From Blastocatellia bacterium (GTDB lineage Bacteria; Acidobacteriota; Blastocatellia; UBA7656), in NCBI GenBank assembly GCA_035607285.1, contig DATNBZ010000239.1, forward strand, positions 2,194 to 66,193: DNA of 64,000 nucleotides. The letters run 5' to 3'. Positions 41,201 to 50,789 of this stretch are shown here, piece after piece (position 1 is the stretch's first letter; each line of letters starts with the position of its first letter). The position numbers and the translations under genes are program-made. The notes below the pieces were generated by a model. It ran no database searches, was not told where the DNA came from, and worked only from the letters and a program-made list of their open reading frames with translations.

Positions 41201-42936
41201 GAGTAGTCGGGTCTGCCGCCGACCGGCGTCAGCGTGCGGCTGTAGGATACGCCGACGATTGCGTCAGGCATGTCGGTTGTCCCGATCGCCAACGAGGGTG
41301 ATGTCGCGGGCGTGATAACAGTCGCTTCATTAGAGTAAGCCGAGGGGCCGGTGCCGTTAAACGCCCGGGTCCGGTATGCATACGCAGTATTGGCTTGAAC
41401 GCTGGTGTCGGCGTAGGAAGTCGAGTTCGCGCCGACGACCGCTATTTGGCTGTAGTCCGCGCTTGAGCCTCCGCGGCGTTCGATCTGGAACCCATCCTCG
41501 ACCGTTGAGGTATCTTGCCAAACCAGGGCCACTTGGGTTGGCGAGGTGGGGCTCGCAACCAGCCCGGCCGGCGCGGACGGCGCGGGCCTGGGAACCGATG
41601 AAGTCCATCCGATTTGCGCCACGGTGAATGGGCAAAGCGCAAGTTCGTTCAGCCGCATTATGCACTCGGTCGAACTGCGACCGCATGCTAGGTCCTGACA
41701 GTTTCCATTCACTGCTTCAGGTCTGACCTCGGGAGCGCAGGTACAACTGCAGACCAGGTTGCCGGGTTGGTAGTACTCGTCACACGCATAAAAGATGTGC
41801 CCGGTTTCGTGCGTCGCGATTCTTGAGAGCGGCCATCCGTAGCTTCGGAACAGGCTGATCGTGAACGGGCCTCCTATGTAAGCCCACGACGCTCTCCCGT
41901 CGTTGAACGCCGCCGGCGCCGGAGCCGGGTTATACGCGATGAACATCGAGTAAGCCCAACTGGTGTGGTTCTGATCCCGGATTACCTGGTCGTACGCCGC
42001 GACTCGTTCGAAAACATCGCCGGCCGTAGAACCGGCGTTTACCATCACCTGGTTGATCCACAGGGAACTATCGTTCCCGGAGCGCAACACCGGTTCGTAA
42101 GGTATCTGACAAATGGAGCTGGTCGGCTCCTTGAACAACAATGTGAAGTTCAAAGGTCTCGCGAGATTGAAAGCGCGCGATTGCTCGACCCACCAGTTCA
42201 GTCCCTCGACCACCGACGACTCGGTGGAAGCGACATCGGCTGGAGACCAGGTATAAACGTTGGGATCGATGCCGCCGTTGCTCTCGACCATGAAGACGGC
42301 AACCGCTACGGAGCCGTCCATCACGTCGCTGTTGCTAAAGTACTGAGGTGTGACCGTCGATTGGATGCCGACAACAGACTGTTCTGCGCCGAGCAGTCGA
42401 AGGTTGCGCATAACGTCGTTCCGGTTTATCTGCGGATGCGGTAAAGCATCGATCATCCCCGGCCGCCCGGCCTCGGCCCCGACCGGCTGTTTCGATTCGC
42501 GCAGTCTGCGTCTGGCGGCTCGTCCTGAAGCGATGTCGTTGAAGGCGCTGATGGTCAGTAATGTCTCGCGGTCCCGGAAACCCTGGGGTGCTGACCCGAC
42601 CGGTGAGCGATGAATCGAGCGAATGCCGTGATGTCCCAGCAGGGTCGAGTCCGCTGCGGGATTGATCCAGCCCATTATCGCGCGCGGCGGGACGACGACC
42701 GCGACCCTTCCACCTTGCGAGATGATGAAGTCGCGGGCTTGAGCGAGTTCCGCATTGGAGGCGGCGTCTATCAGAACGAGTGCATATCCGCTGCTACCGT
42801 CAGCCGGCGCGCCCGGCTGATTCTGCGAATGAGTGCCAGCTAAAACGTTATCGCTGCCGGTCAGGATTAAAAGCGCAACCAGCGACCGGAACACCAAACG
42901 AGCCATCAAAACAGACCTCGATGAGATTTGAACCAC
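38263..42936 (-). CDS. Large secreted metalloprotease-like protein with FN3 and many putative Ig (He_PIG) repeats
   Basis: HETGHIFYACDEY; FN3; repeated GG.PPY.W...G.LP.GL.L...G.ISGTPT. Confidence 0.88.
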   Translation of the reverse strand: MVQISSRSVLMARLVFRSLVALLILTGSDNVLAGTHSQNQPGAPADGSSGYALVLIDAASNAELAQARDFIISQGGRVAVVVPPRAIMGWINPAADSTLLGHHGIRSIHRSPVGSAPQGFRDRETLLTISAFNDIASGRAARRRLRESKQPVGAEAGRPGMIDALPHPQINRNDVMRNLRLLGAEQSVVGIQSTVTPQYFSNSDVMDGSVAVAVFMVESNGGIDPNVYTWSPADVASTESSVVEGLNWWVEQSRAFNLARPLNFTLLFKEPTSSICQIPYEPVLRSGNDSSLWINQVMVNAGSTAGDVFERVAAYDQVIRDQNHTSWAYSMFIAYNPAPAPAAFNDGRASWAYIGGPFTISLFRSYGWPLSRIATHETGHIFYACDEYYQPGNLVCSCTCAPEVRPEAVNGNCQDLACGRSSTECIMRLNELALCPFTVAQIGWTSSVPRPAPSAPAGLVASPTSPTQVALVWQDTSTVEDGFQIERRGGSSADYSQIAVVGANSTSYADTSVQANTAYAYRTRAFNGTGPSAYSNEATVITPATSPSLAIGTTDMPDAIVGVSYSRTLTPVGGRPDYSWLVESGSLASGLSLAQTGSITGTPTAAGTFNFVVRVTDGNGNSASKALTLLVKPAAPLTITAGQLPRGSVGTSYSQSIGASGGQTPYTWSIQSGSLPDGLILNQTGIISGTPGRPGTASFVLKLTDAVGASVTATLSVTINPGTIVLSVDTTSLPDGVVGESYSQTLKGSGGSPPYHWDIMTGRVPDGLSFSDTGVISGTPTTPGEIAFQARLTDQSGQVITVSLSIDINPPPQLTVLSPGALPVAAVGVPYRYELKATAGTAPYAWVKKKKKKFGALPEGLSLSSDGVISGTPTTQGVSNFTVLVSDASDRQASKPLTLEVGPPPPPLSIKTDTLPQALQGLPYTAALEASGGIGPYTWKIDSGVLPDGLTMTTAGAISGRPSTPGATSFVVSVKDTLGTTSTKSLLLVIAQPPPPLVIQTISLPDTTAERPYTQTLQATGGVPPYTWSIASGSLGNGLNLSASGVISGTPTSPGTSVFVVRLTDSAAQSVTRTLAIAIKPADKLAPFGVLETPDYRATLSNVATGSGWALDNVAVTQIDVLLDNQKVGEAIYGLSRPDIGAVWGAFPNAAHSGFSFSIDTTKFTIGEHTLAIRLLDAAGNATIVGTRTIIFQNQVFSIVTTDIARGKLGDVYSQQLAAANGHPPYTWTLISGSLANGLSLNAAGLISGTPTVYGNFPFVVRVTDSTAATAIASYTLIVLPDVEPLRIISSGDLTQGSTGVAYAHQLLFTGGHPPRIWSMGTGLLPPGLSLNTVSGVISGTPILVGTYNFTVQLTDSTQLTVTSQPLRITVVPGPLIVVTTGDLTRGGVGTSYFYTLAGVGGLAPYTWALASGALPAGLSLNQNSGVISGTPTQYGTFTFTVGLSDSQHPPFTATSTALRIIVDPAPLIIISTGDLTNGRINVAYSYQLVVSGGRTPYVWALAAGSGPLPPGLVLNPATGVISGTPTATGQFPFTVTVTDGTPTTVTSSLLRITITP

Positions 42937-43701
42937 GGCTTATGAGCCTGCTTGATTGCCGTGGAGGGCCAGGTTGAAAAAGAGAAGACTCCCTTAGGGT
43001 CGACAAATCCCACAGCGTGGGTTAGGTGTCATCATTGCTCGCAAAGAGAAATTTCCACGGGGTCGTGTGGAAGGGCGCTTGTCGATATGAGTGCATAATG
43101 ATCATCAGCAATCCTCGGTTCGCTCTGCTACTGTCCTTTCCCCGATTGCTGCTCTAACTGGCTCTCGAATAGCTCGACCAGTTATGAGCTGCCCTCTCTA
43201 CTGCTGGCAAGGCGGCGAGTATATCCTAAGCAGCTAAGTGCTAGCAAGCAGAAAAAAAATCGCCCCGTCGCGCCGGTACTTGATCCGGTTATCGGCAACC
43301 AAAACGGTTTTTTTGCGATGCTTGACACACATGAACCGCAAAGTGTAGAGTTCAGCCTTGCTCACGGCATTTATGAAGCGAGGAACACAAAGGCGCGTGT
43401 ACTCAGAGTCCTGTCACGATCTCTCTTGCAGAAGAGAGTGCCGCAGCACCAGCTAAACCTTACGTCTTCCCTCACGCTCTCCTCGCAGTACGGCGAGCGA
43501 ACGGGCGACGGCACTCTTAAGGTCAGCTTCGCAGCGCGACCGCGCAAAGACTCTCTCACGACGACGTTCATTGCTCATACTTCATAGGGCAGAAGACTTG
43601 ATGGTTATGGATCGATGAAGCATACTATGAAACACCAGTCCATCGGTCCGGTGACACCATTCCGATGAATTCAAATCGCAGTTCGGGAGGAGTAGCAATT
43701 A

Positions 43702-45675
43702 ATGGCGACAGAGAATGTAAACCAGTCCGGTGCGAGCACGGCGGCTGACAGCGCCAAAGAAGAGACCGTCGCGCTCGGAGATACCACCGGCCCAGACAGC
43801 GCAGCAGGCGAGCCACAAGCTGCGTCTGAACCCAACCAGACGGCTCAAACAGAAGCGGCTCAAACAGCAGACGGCGCGGCGGCAACTGCGCAGGCCTCCG
43901 CACCCACATCTGAACAGACCGACAGCAGCGAGGCGGCCACTGCTCCATTAGCTGAACCGCAAACCGACGGCGAACCGAGCGGCGCGCAGGATTTCAGCGC
44001 GATGCTCGAGAACTACGAAAAAGAGAGCGCGGCGTCGCGACAGGAGGGCGAGATTGTCCGAGGCATTGTAGTCGGCATCTCCGAACAGAATGTCCTCGTC
44101 GATATTGGATATAAGTCCGAAGGCGTAGTCGCGCGTGAAGAGTTTCTCGATCGACAGGGTAACCTTACCGTCAAGCGCGGCGATGAAGTCGACGTGCTGA
44201 TCAAGAGTCTCGAGAACCAGGACGGTTACGCCGAGTTGTCACGCGCCGCGGCAATGCAGGTCCAATCGTGGGAGCGACTGCGCCAGGCTCACCAGACTCA
44301 TGAAAATATCAAAGGCCGCGTGGTGGAACGCATCAAGGGCGGACTAAAGATCGATCTCGACGGAGTGCCGGCCTTTCTGCCGGGCTCGCAGATTGATATC
44401 AGGCCCGTGCGTAACCTCGAAGGTTTCCTGAAACAGGAAATTGAAGTCCGCGTAATCAAGCTCAATCGCAAGCGCGGCAATGTCGTGGTGTCCCGCAAGG
44501 CCGTACTCGAGGAGGCGTCCGGGAAGAAGAAATCCGAGACGCTCGCCAACATCGAAGAAAGCGTGGTGCTGGAAGGTGTTGTAAAGAACATTACCGACTA
44601 CGGCGCGTTCATCGACCTGGGCGGAATCGACGGCCTGCTGCATATCATCGATATGAGCTGGGGGCGAATCCAGTCACCGACCGACATAATCAAGGTTGGA
44701 GATACGATCCAGGTCAAGGTCCTCAAGTTCGACCGCGAGAAAGAGCGAATTTCGCTGGGCTACAAGCAGCTTTTGCCTGATCCCTGGCAGAGCGTCGCGG
44801 AGCGCTTCCCAAAGGGCTCGCACGTTCGCGGCAAAGTTGTGAGTCTTACCGATTACGGTGCGTTCATCGAAATCGAACCGGGCGTCGAAGGACTGGTGCA
44901 CGTCACCGAGATGACGTGGTCAAAGCGCTTGAAGCATCCGTCCAAACTGCTGTCGATCGGACAGGATGTCGAAGCGGTCGTGCTGGATGCAGATCCTCAT
45001 AGCCGGCGAATAAGCCTGGGTCTCAAGCAGGTCAGCGCCGATCCGTGGGAGACGCTGCCGGTTCGCTATCGCGTCGGTTCACGGGTATCCGGAAAAGTGC
45101 GCTCGCTTACAGACTTCGGCGCGTTTGTTGAAATCGAGGACGGCATCGACGGTCTCGTTCACGTTTCGGATATCTCCTGGACGAAACGAATCAAACATCC
45201 CTCCGACGTGCTTAAGAAGGGGCAGCAGGTCGACGCCGTTATTACAAACATCGACGTCGATGGCCGAAGACTCAGTCTTTCCATCAAGGACCTCGAACCC
45301 AATGCGTGGGATCGTTTCTTCGATACCCACAAACTCGGAGATGTGATCAAGGGCCGCGTAGTTCGCTTTGCAAACTTCGGCGCCTTTGTCGAGATTGAAG
45401 AGGGCATCGAAGGTCTTTGCCATGTTTCGGAGTTGAGCGACTCTCGAGTCGAAAAACCCGAGGACGCGGTTAAGATCGGTCAGACGCTGCCGTTCAAAGT
45501 ACTGAAGCTGGACCCCGCCCAGAAGAAGATCGGGCTGTCGGCGCGCGCGGTAGGCAAGGAGAACGATCCGGAGGACGTGCGCACCTACCACGAGACCGGT
45601 TCGGGTATGGCGACCTTGGGAGATATCGCCAACTTGCTTGGCGGTACTTCAGAGAAGAAGAGCGAAGAAGAATAG
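43702..45675 (+). CDS. rpsA: 30S ribosomal protein S1
   Basis: Six S1 repeats (TDYGAFI...GLLHI); GGAGG RBS. Confidence 0.97.
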   Translation: MATENVNQSGASTAADSAKEETVALGDTTGPDSAAGEPQAASEPNQTAQTEAAQTADGAAATAQASAPTSEQTDSSEAATAPLAEPQTDGEPSGAQDFSAMLENYEKESAASRQEGEIVRGIVVGISEQNVLVDIGYKSEGVVAREEFLDRQGNLTVKRGDEVDVLIKSLENQDGYAELSRAAAMQVQSWERLRQAHQTHENIKGRVVERIKGGLKIDLDGVPAFLPGSQIDIRPVRNLEGFLKQEIEVRVIKLNRKRGNVVVSRKAVLEEASGKKKSETLANIEESVVLEGVVKNITDYGAFIDLGGIDGLLHIIDMSWGRIQSPTDIIKVGDTIQVKVLKFDREKERISLGYKQLLPDPWQSVAERFPKGSHVRGKVVSLTDYGAFIEIEPGVEGLVHVTEMTWSKRLKHPSKLLSIGQDVEAVVLDADPHSRRISLGLKQVSADPWETLPVRYRVGSRVSGKVRSLTDFGAFVEIEDGIDGLVHVSDISWTKRIKHPSDVLKKGQQVDAVITNIDVDGRRLSLSIKDLEPNAWDRFFDTHKLGDVIKGRVVRFANFGAFVEIEEGIEGLCHVSELSDSRVEKPEDAVKIGQTLPFKVLKLDPAQKKIGLSARAVGKENDPEDVRTYHETGSGMATLGDIANLLGGTSEKKSEEE

Positions 45676-45805
45676 AATCATCGACAATGTGGCCTTCGCG
45701 GCTATTAGACTACGGTAGTAACGCGGCCCTGAGCGCCGGGTGATCCAATGCACTCGGACCTGCTCCGGGCCGCAATTGTTTATCAGGTAGTAAGGGAATA
45801 CACCA

Positions 45806-46720
45806 ATGAAGAAATTAAACCTCTCGGCAGTTCTGATCATAGCCGGATTCGGTTTTGTGTTCTTCGTCGCAATCATCCTGATTGCGGCGCTCGCCCTCTC
45901 GCGGGAGGGAGGGTTCACCGGCTGGGGCGGCGACCGCATCGCCGTAGTTTACGTCGAAGGGGTGATCTTCGATTCCAAGACCGTCAACGAACAACTGAAG
46001 ATGTATGCCGACGACTCCAGGGTGAAGGCGATCCTGGTTCGAATGGACACTCCCGGTGGAGGAGTCGCCGCCTCGCAGGAGATCGCCGACCAGGTCAGGT
46101 GGCTGCGCAGCGAAAAGGGCAAGACGGTCGTCATATCGATGGGTTCGGTGGGCGCGTCGGGTGGTTACTACATCGCGTGCGCGGCCGACAAGATCTACGC
46201 GAATCCGGGTACAATCACCGGCTCGATAGGCGTGATAGCCGAGTGGGTGAACTACGGCAATTTGCTGAAGTGGGCCCAGATGCAACCGGAGGTCATAAAG
46301 AGCGGGGAGTTCAAAGATGTAGGCTCTCCTACACGCGAGGTTACGCCAAAGGAACGCGAGTACCTTCAGGGCCTGATCAACCAGATGTTTGAGCAATTCG
46401 TCGGCGCGGTAGCGGACGGGCGCAAAGAGACCGGTCTCACTCGCGAGCAGGTCAAACAACTCGCAGACGGTCGGGTGTACACCGGAGAGCAGGCCCTGCG
46501 CGAAAAACTTATCGACGGCCTGGGCAACTACGACAAAGTGTTGAAGGCTACAGCCGAGCTGGTGGGAATCAAGGGCGAACCCCAGGTGGTCACGCCTCCA
46601 AAGCCTCGACGCGGATCGATCCTGGATTTGCTGACATCCACGGACGTTGGAGAGATTCTCTCGCACAACACCCTTCAACCACCCGGCTCGACGCTGCAGT
46701 TTGAATATCTTTGGAAGTGA
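45806..46720 (+). CDS. sppA: Signal peptide peptidase SppA (36K type)
   Basis: DTPGG, ASGGYYIA, TGSIGVI, KSGEFKD. Confidence 0.93.
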   Translation: MKKLNLSAVLIIAGFGFVFFVAIILIAALALSREGGFTGWGGDRIAVVYVEGVIFDSKTVNEQLKMYADDSRVKAILVRMDTPGGGVAASQEIADQVRWLRSEKGKTVVISMGSVGASGGYYIACAADKIYANPGTITGSIGVIAEWVNYGNLLKWAQMQPEVIKSGEFKDVGSPTREVTPKEREYLQGLINQMFEQFVGAVADGRKETGLTREQVKQLADGRVYTGEQALREKLIDGLGNYDKVLKATAELVGIKGEPQVVTPPKPRRGSILDLLTSTDVGEILSHNTLQPPGSTLQFEYLWK

Positions 46721-46723
46721 GGA

Positions 46724-46797
46724 GTGATGCGTGAAACGTGATGCGTGAGCGCCATACCGTTAGGTGCACGCATCACGTTTCACGCATCACGTATCAC
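46724..46797. repeat. Inverted heptamer-repeat hairpin
   Basis: 24-bp perfect inverted repeat gtgatgc-gtgaaac-gtgatgc-gtg / complement. Confidence 0.85.
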
Positions 46798-46798
46798 T

Positions 46799-47284
46799 AT
46801 GGATCACATCTGGAGTCCCTGGCGCTACAAATACATCGCTAATGCTGATCGGCAGGAAGGCTGCGTGCTCTGTCGAATCGCGCAGGAGCACAATGACGTC
46901 GAGAACTATGTTGTCCATCGCGCGCAGTTGAATTTCATTCTTCTCAACTTGTTTCCTTACACCAGCGGTCACTTGATGATCGTCCCGTATGAACATCAAG
47001 CGTCGCTCGCGGCAGTCGATGCGGCTACAACGACCGAGATGCTGGAACTCGCCAAACGGGCTCAAGGCGCATTGGAGGCCGAATACCATCCTGATGGGTT
47101 CAACATAGGCATGAACCTCGGTCGAAGCGCGGGAGCCGGAATCGCCGACCACCTTCACTTGCACGTCGTGCCGCGTTGGAGCGGCGATGCAAACTTTGTC
47201 TCAGTCGTTGGCGAGACTCGAGTTCTTCCCGAAGACCTCGCAACCACCTGCGAAAAGTTGAAACGGCACTTCGGTCGAGCTTAA
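46799..47284 (+). CDS. HIT family protein
   Basis: IWSPWR, NLFPYTSGH, HLHLHVVPRW. Confidence 0.93.
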   Translation: MDHIWSPWRYKYIANADRQEGCVLCRIAQEHNDVENYVVHRAQLNFILLNLFPYTSGHLMIVPYEHQASLAAVDAATTTEMLELAKRAQGALEAEYHPDGFNIGMNLGRSAGAGIADHLHLHVVPRWSGDANFVSVVGETRVLPEDLATTCEKLKRHFGRA

Positions 47285-47363
47285 CGCAAGGACGCAAAGA
47301 CGCAAGGACGCAAGCACCGAAAGGAGAGCTTTGCGTCTTTGCGTCCTCGCGTCTTTGCGTTAA
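47281..47363. repeat. 8-mer tandem/inverted hairpin element
   Basis: ttaacgcaagg-acgcaaag-acgcaagg...ctttgcgt..ctttgcgttaa. Confidence 0.8.
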
Positions 47364-47416
47364 GTCATGCCAACGTCCGAGTTGACATCGCCCGCCCGTT
47401 GCAGTTTGCTTTAGCC

Positions 47417-48487
47417 GTGAGCTCACACCCGAAACAGAACCCGACGCACGGGCGCGGCACGCCGGAGAATCCGCCCAACCGCTTTGAGAAACTTGTTTAC
47501 GTGCGGGACCCCGAATCGATCGATCCCGAAGAACCTTCACCAAAGACTCAATTCCTGCGAGACGTTTCAAAATCGCTGATCAGCTACAACGACAGTCCAG
47601 ACGTCGGTTTTGAAGCGAGTATCAATCCCTATCGAGGCTGCGAGCACGGTTGCATCTATTGCTACGCGAGGCCGTATCACGAGTATCTCGGCTTTTCATC
47701 GGGGCTCGACTTCGAAACGAAAATTCTTGTGAAAGAAAATGCGCCGAAGTTGTTGAGAGATGAACTCGCCTCGAAGCGATGGCAACCAAAGGTGCTCGCC
47801 ATCAGCGGCGTAACGGATCCCTATCAACCAATCGAGCGCAAGCTCCAGCTCACGCGCCAATGCCTTGAAGTGCTCGCCGAATTTCGGAATCCTGTGATCA
47901 TCATAACCAAAAACCAACTGGTCGCGCGTGACGTCGATCTCTTGAAAGAGCTCGCGAGCTTTGACGCGGCTGCGGTCTGCGTGTCGGTCACCACGCTCGA
48001 TGCCGAGCTTGCGCGGGTGATGGAGCCTCGAACATCGACGCCGGCCAACAGGCTCGAGGCTATTCAAACTCTCGCCCAGGCTGGCGTCCCGGTTCGCGTG
48101 CTGGTCGCGCCGATTATTCCCGGCCTTACCGATCACGAGACCCCCGCGATCATCAAATCCGCGGCGAAGGCCGGCGCCAGTCACGCGGGCTACGTGGTCG
48201 TGCGGTTGCCGCATAGTGTCGGAGAACTGTTTGAAGGATGGTTGGAGGAGCATTTCCCCGATCGCAAGAAAAAGGTGCTGAATCGTATTCGGGAAATGCG
48301 AGGCGGAAAGCTGAACGATCCGAACTTCGGTACAAGGATGAAAGGCGAAGGTGTCTTCGCCGATCAAATCAGATCGATGTTCAGACTCGCGTGCCGCAAA
48401 AGCGGCATCGAAGGCGGCGGTATGGAACTTTCCGTCAGCGCTTTTCGTCGCCCGCCCGGTCCACAATTGAATCTGTTCGAACCCTAG
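47417..48487 (+). CDS. PA0069/Rv2578c-like radical SAM protein
   Basis: SINPYRGCEHGCIYCYARP, TDPYQPIE, C-terminal QLNLF. Confidence 0.9.
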   Translation: MSSHPKQNPTHGRGTPENPPNRFEKLVYVRDPESIDPEEPSPKTQFLRDVSKSLISYNDSPDVGFEASINPYRGCEHGCIYCYARPYHEYLGFSSGLDFETKILVKENAPKLLRDELASKRWQPKVLAISGVTDPYQPIERKLQLTRQCLEVLAEFRNPVIIITKNQLVARDVDLLKELASFDAAAVCVSVTTLDAELARVMEPRTSTPANRLEAIQTLAQAGVPVRVLVAPIIPGLTDHETPAIIKSAAKAGASHAGYVVVRLPHSVGELFEGWLEEHFPDRKKKVLNRIREMRGGKLNDPNFGTRMKGEGVFADQIRSMFRLACRKSGIEGGGMELSVSAFRRPPGPQLNLFEP

Positions 48488-48880
48488 TACTCAGTCACAC
48501 TCAGGGTGATGAAACCTGTAAGGGCGCCCCATCGTGGCAATGAAAATTGGCCGGCAAAGAGAGGCGCCCACGGAGTAAGCCAGCTCGGAATAACGAGCCG
48601 ATAGGGCGAAGAAACCGATGGGAGCTGTTTCCCTAGCCCGGGCGTTTACGCCTGGGATCGTGCGAGGCCAGCCGCTTCCAAGCCCCGTTAACGGGGCTTG
48701 GAAAAGCGCTTTAGCGATTCGTCGATCCGTAGAGAAGCCCGATAAATCGGGCTGGAAATAAAATCAACCGCCGTGAACCCAGGCGTGAACGCCTGGGCCA
48801 ATGCAAAAGGACCGACGGTGGTTTCTGAGGAGGGACGCCCTTACAGGTGTTTATCTAATATGACTGCCAAGCTGAGACTT
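48484..48880. repeat. Nested composite REP element
   Basis: Outer cctgtaagggcg...cgcccttacagg pair enclosing cccgggcgtttacgcctggg / gccccgttaacggggc palindromes. Confidence 0.7.
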
Positions 48881-48885
48881 AACTG

Positions 48886-49641
48886 ATGGCTGACTACCTC
48901 GGAAGCGGCAGGTTCCCCGTCACGCGAGTGTCCGCGATCATCGGGACTTCAAGCTCAAACCCTGAAGAACGCGCGCGTGCATTCGAAGCGCTGGTGTCCG
49001 CTTACTGGATGCCGGTCTATAAGTACGTCCGCATCAAGTGGAACAAACCTACGGAAGACGCTCGCGATCTCACACAGGGCTTCTTCGCCGAAGCGATCCA
49101 GAAGAACTTCTTCGCGCGCTTCGACCCGTCTAAGGCGAAGTTCAGGACTTTCCTTCGAACCTGTCTGGACGGCTTTGTTGCTAATGAGAACAAAGCCGCG
49201 GGCCGCATAAAACGAGGTGGCGGCGCGACGATCCTCTCGCTCGACTTCGACGGCGCCGAAGAACAGTTGCAAGTCGCAGCGCCGCCCTCGGCCAACGCTA
49301 TCGATGAGTACTTCGATAAGGAGTGGGCGCGAAGCGTCTTCAGCCTGGCGCTGGAAGGCTTCCGCGCGCGGATGCTTGCCTCCGGCAAAGAGATTCACCT
49401 TCGACTCTTCGAGCGATATGTTTTGGATGATGCGGATGAGAAGGAGAAACCGAGCTACAAAGGTCTCGCCGGTGAATTCAATCTCTCAACCACCGACGTC
49501 ACGAACTACCTTGCTCTCGCGCGGCGAGAGTTCAGGAGACACGTTCTGGAAGAGCTCCGCGAGTTGACGACAACGGACGAGGAGTACCGCCGTGAAGCTC
49601 GCGCTCTGCTTGGAATAGATACTAATGAACTGGCTTTCTGA
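48886..49641 (+). CDS. ECF-type RNA polymerase sigma factor
   Basis: FPVTR...YWMPVYKYVR...EDARDLTQGFF...KFRTFL; C-terminal HTH. Confidence 0.88.
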   Translation: MADYLGSGRFPVTRVSAIIGTSSSNPEERARAFEALVSAYWMPVYKYVRIKWNKPTEDARDLTQGFFAEAIQKNFFARFDPSKAKFRTFLRTCLDGFVANENKAAGRIKRGGGATILSLDFDGAEEQLQVAAPPSANAIDEYFDKEWARSVFSLALEGFRARMLASGKEIHLRLFERYVLDDADEKEKPSYKGLAGEFNLSTTDVTNYLALARREFRRHVLEELRELTTTDEEYRREARALLGIDTNELAF

Positions 49642-50725
49642 TAAAGCGGTCGACCGGCTTCGCGAAGAGGCGGACTTGCCCGATCTTGGCGGCTCGAAAT
49701 ACATGGTGCTTCATAAGCTGGGCTCGGGCGGGATGGGCGCGGTTTACCTCGCCCAGGACGTGGACCTCGGCCGGAAGGTCGCAGTGAAAGTAATGAACAT
49801 TTCCGATGGTTCTCTCGCATCCAGAATGATGCGCGAAGCCCGGATCGTGGCGCTTCTCGAACATCCCAGCATTGTCCCTATTCACGATGTCGGCGTACTG
49901 GAGGACGGGCGCGTCTACTACGCGATGAAGCTCGTGCAGGGAAAGCGGCTGGATGAGTTCGCCGCCGGCGCGGATTCTCCTTCCGACTTGCTGCGAATAT
50001 TTCAAAAAGTCTGCGAAGCGGTAGCGTTCGCCCATGCCCGCGGAGTGATTCATCGCGACCTCAAGCCTGAGAACATAATGGTCGGGCCGTTCGGTGAAGT
50101 GCTGGTGATGGACTGGGGTGTCGCGAAAGTGCTGGGCGAGCGGCCGCTCGACTCGCAAGACGGATTGCAGTCTCACGGAATCGAGCCTCGAGCCATCGAT
50201 GACGCCGACCTTGTCATGACGTTGCCGCTCGCCTCGAGCCGCGAGTCCGGTGACACAAGGAGCGGAATGGTGATCGGCACTCCAGCCTACATGCCTCCCG
50301 AGCAAGCAATGGGCAAGACCGAACTGCTGGATCAGCGCAGCGATGTCTACGCGCTTGGAGCGGTTTTGTATTTTCTGCTCGCCGGGCGCGCGCCGTTTTT
50401 TGAATCTACCACGAAGACAACCACACTCGAGCAAACAAATCGTGGTCGAGCCGCGCGTCCTCGACAGATGAACCCCAGAATCCCCAGGGCCATTGAAGCG
50501 GTCTGTTTGAAGGCGATGTCCGAGCGGCGGGAGGATCGATATGCGAGCGCGGAGGAAGTCGCCGGCGACATCGTGCGCTTTCTGGACGGACAGCCTGTTT
50601 CAGCTTATCGCGAAAACGTCTTCGAGAAGGCGGGCAGGTGGTTCGGCAAGAATCGCTTTATCGTTCTTCTGATTCTTACCTATCTGATAGCGCGGCTCGT
50701 AGTGTTTTTTTGGATGGGGCGTTAA
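49625..50725 (+). CDS. Hanks-type Ser/Thr protein kinase
   Basis: LGSGGMG, VAVK, HRDLKPEN, DWG, GTPAYMPPE; C-terminal TM. Confidence 0.95.
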   Translation: MNWLSDKAVDRLREEADLPDLGGSKYMVLHKLGSGGMGAVYLAQDVDLGRKVAVKVMNISDGSLASRMMREARIVALLEHPSIVPIHDVGVLEDGRVYYAMKLVQGKRLDEFAAGADSPSDLLRIFQKVCEAVAFAHARGVIHRDLKPENIMVGPFGEVLVMDWGVAKVLGERPLDSQDGLQSHGIEPRAIDDADLVMTLPLASSRESGDTRSGMVIGTPAYMPPEQAMGKTELLDQRSDVYALGAVLYFLLAGRAPFFESTTKTTTLEQTNRGRAARPRQMNPRIPRAIEAVCLKAMSERREDRYASAEEVAGDIVRFLDGQPVSAYRENVFEKAGRWFGKNRFIVLLILTYLIARLVVFFWMGR

Positions 50726-50789
50726 AGGGCGCGCCGCGCGTGTTTAATAGAATTGCAGGGCGAAGAAAAAAACGACGGAGGAAACGCAG

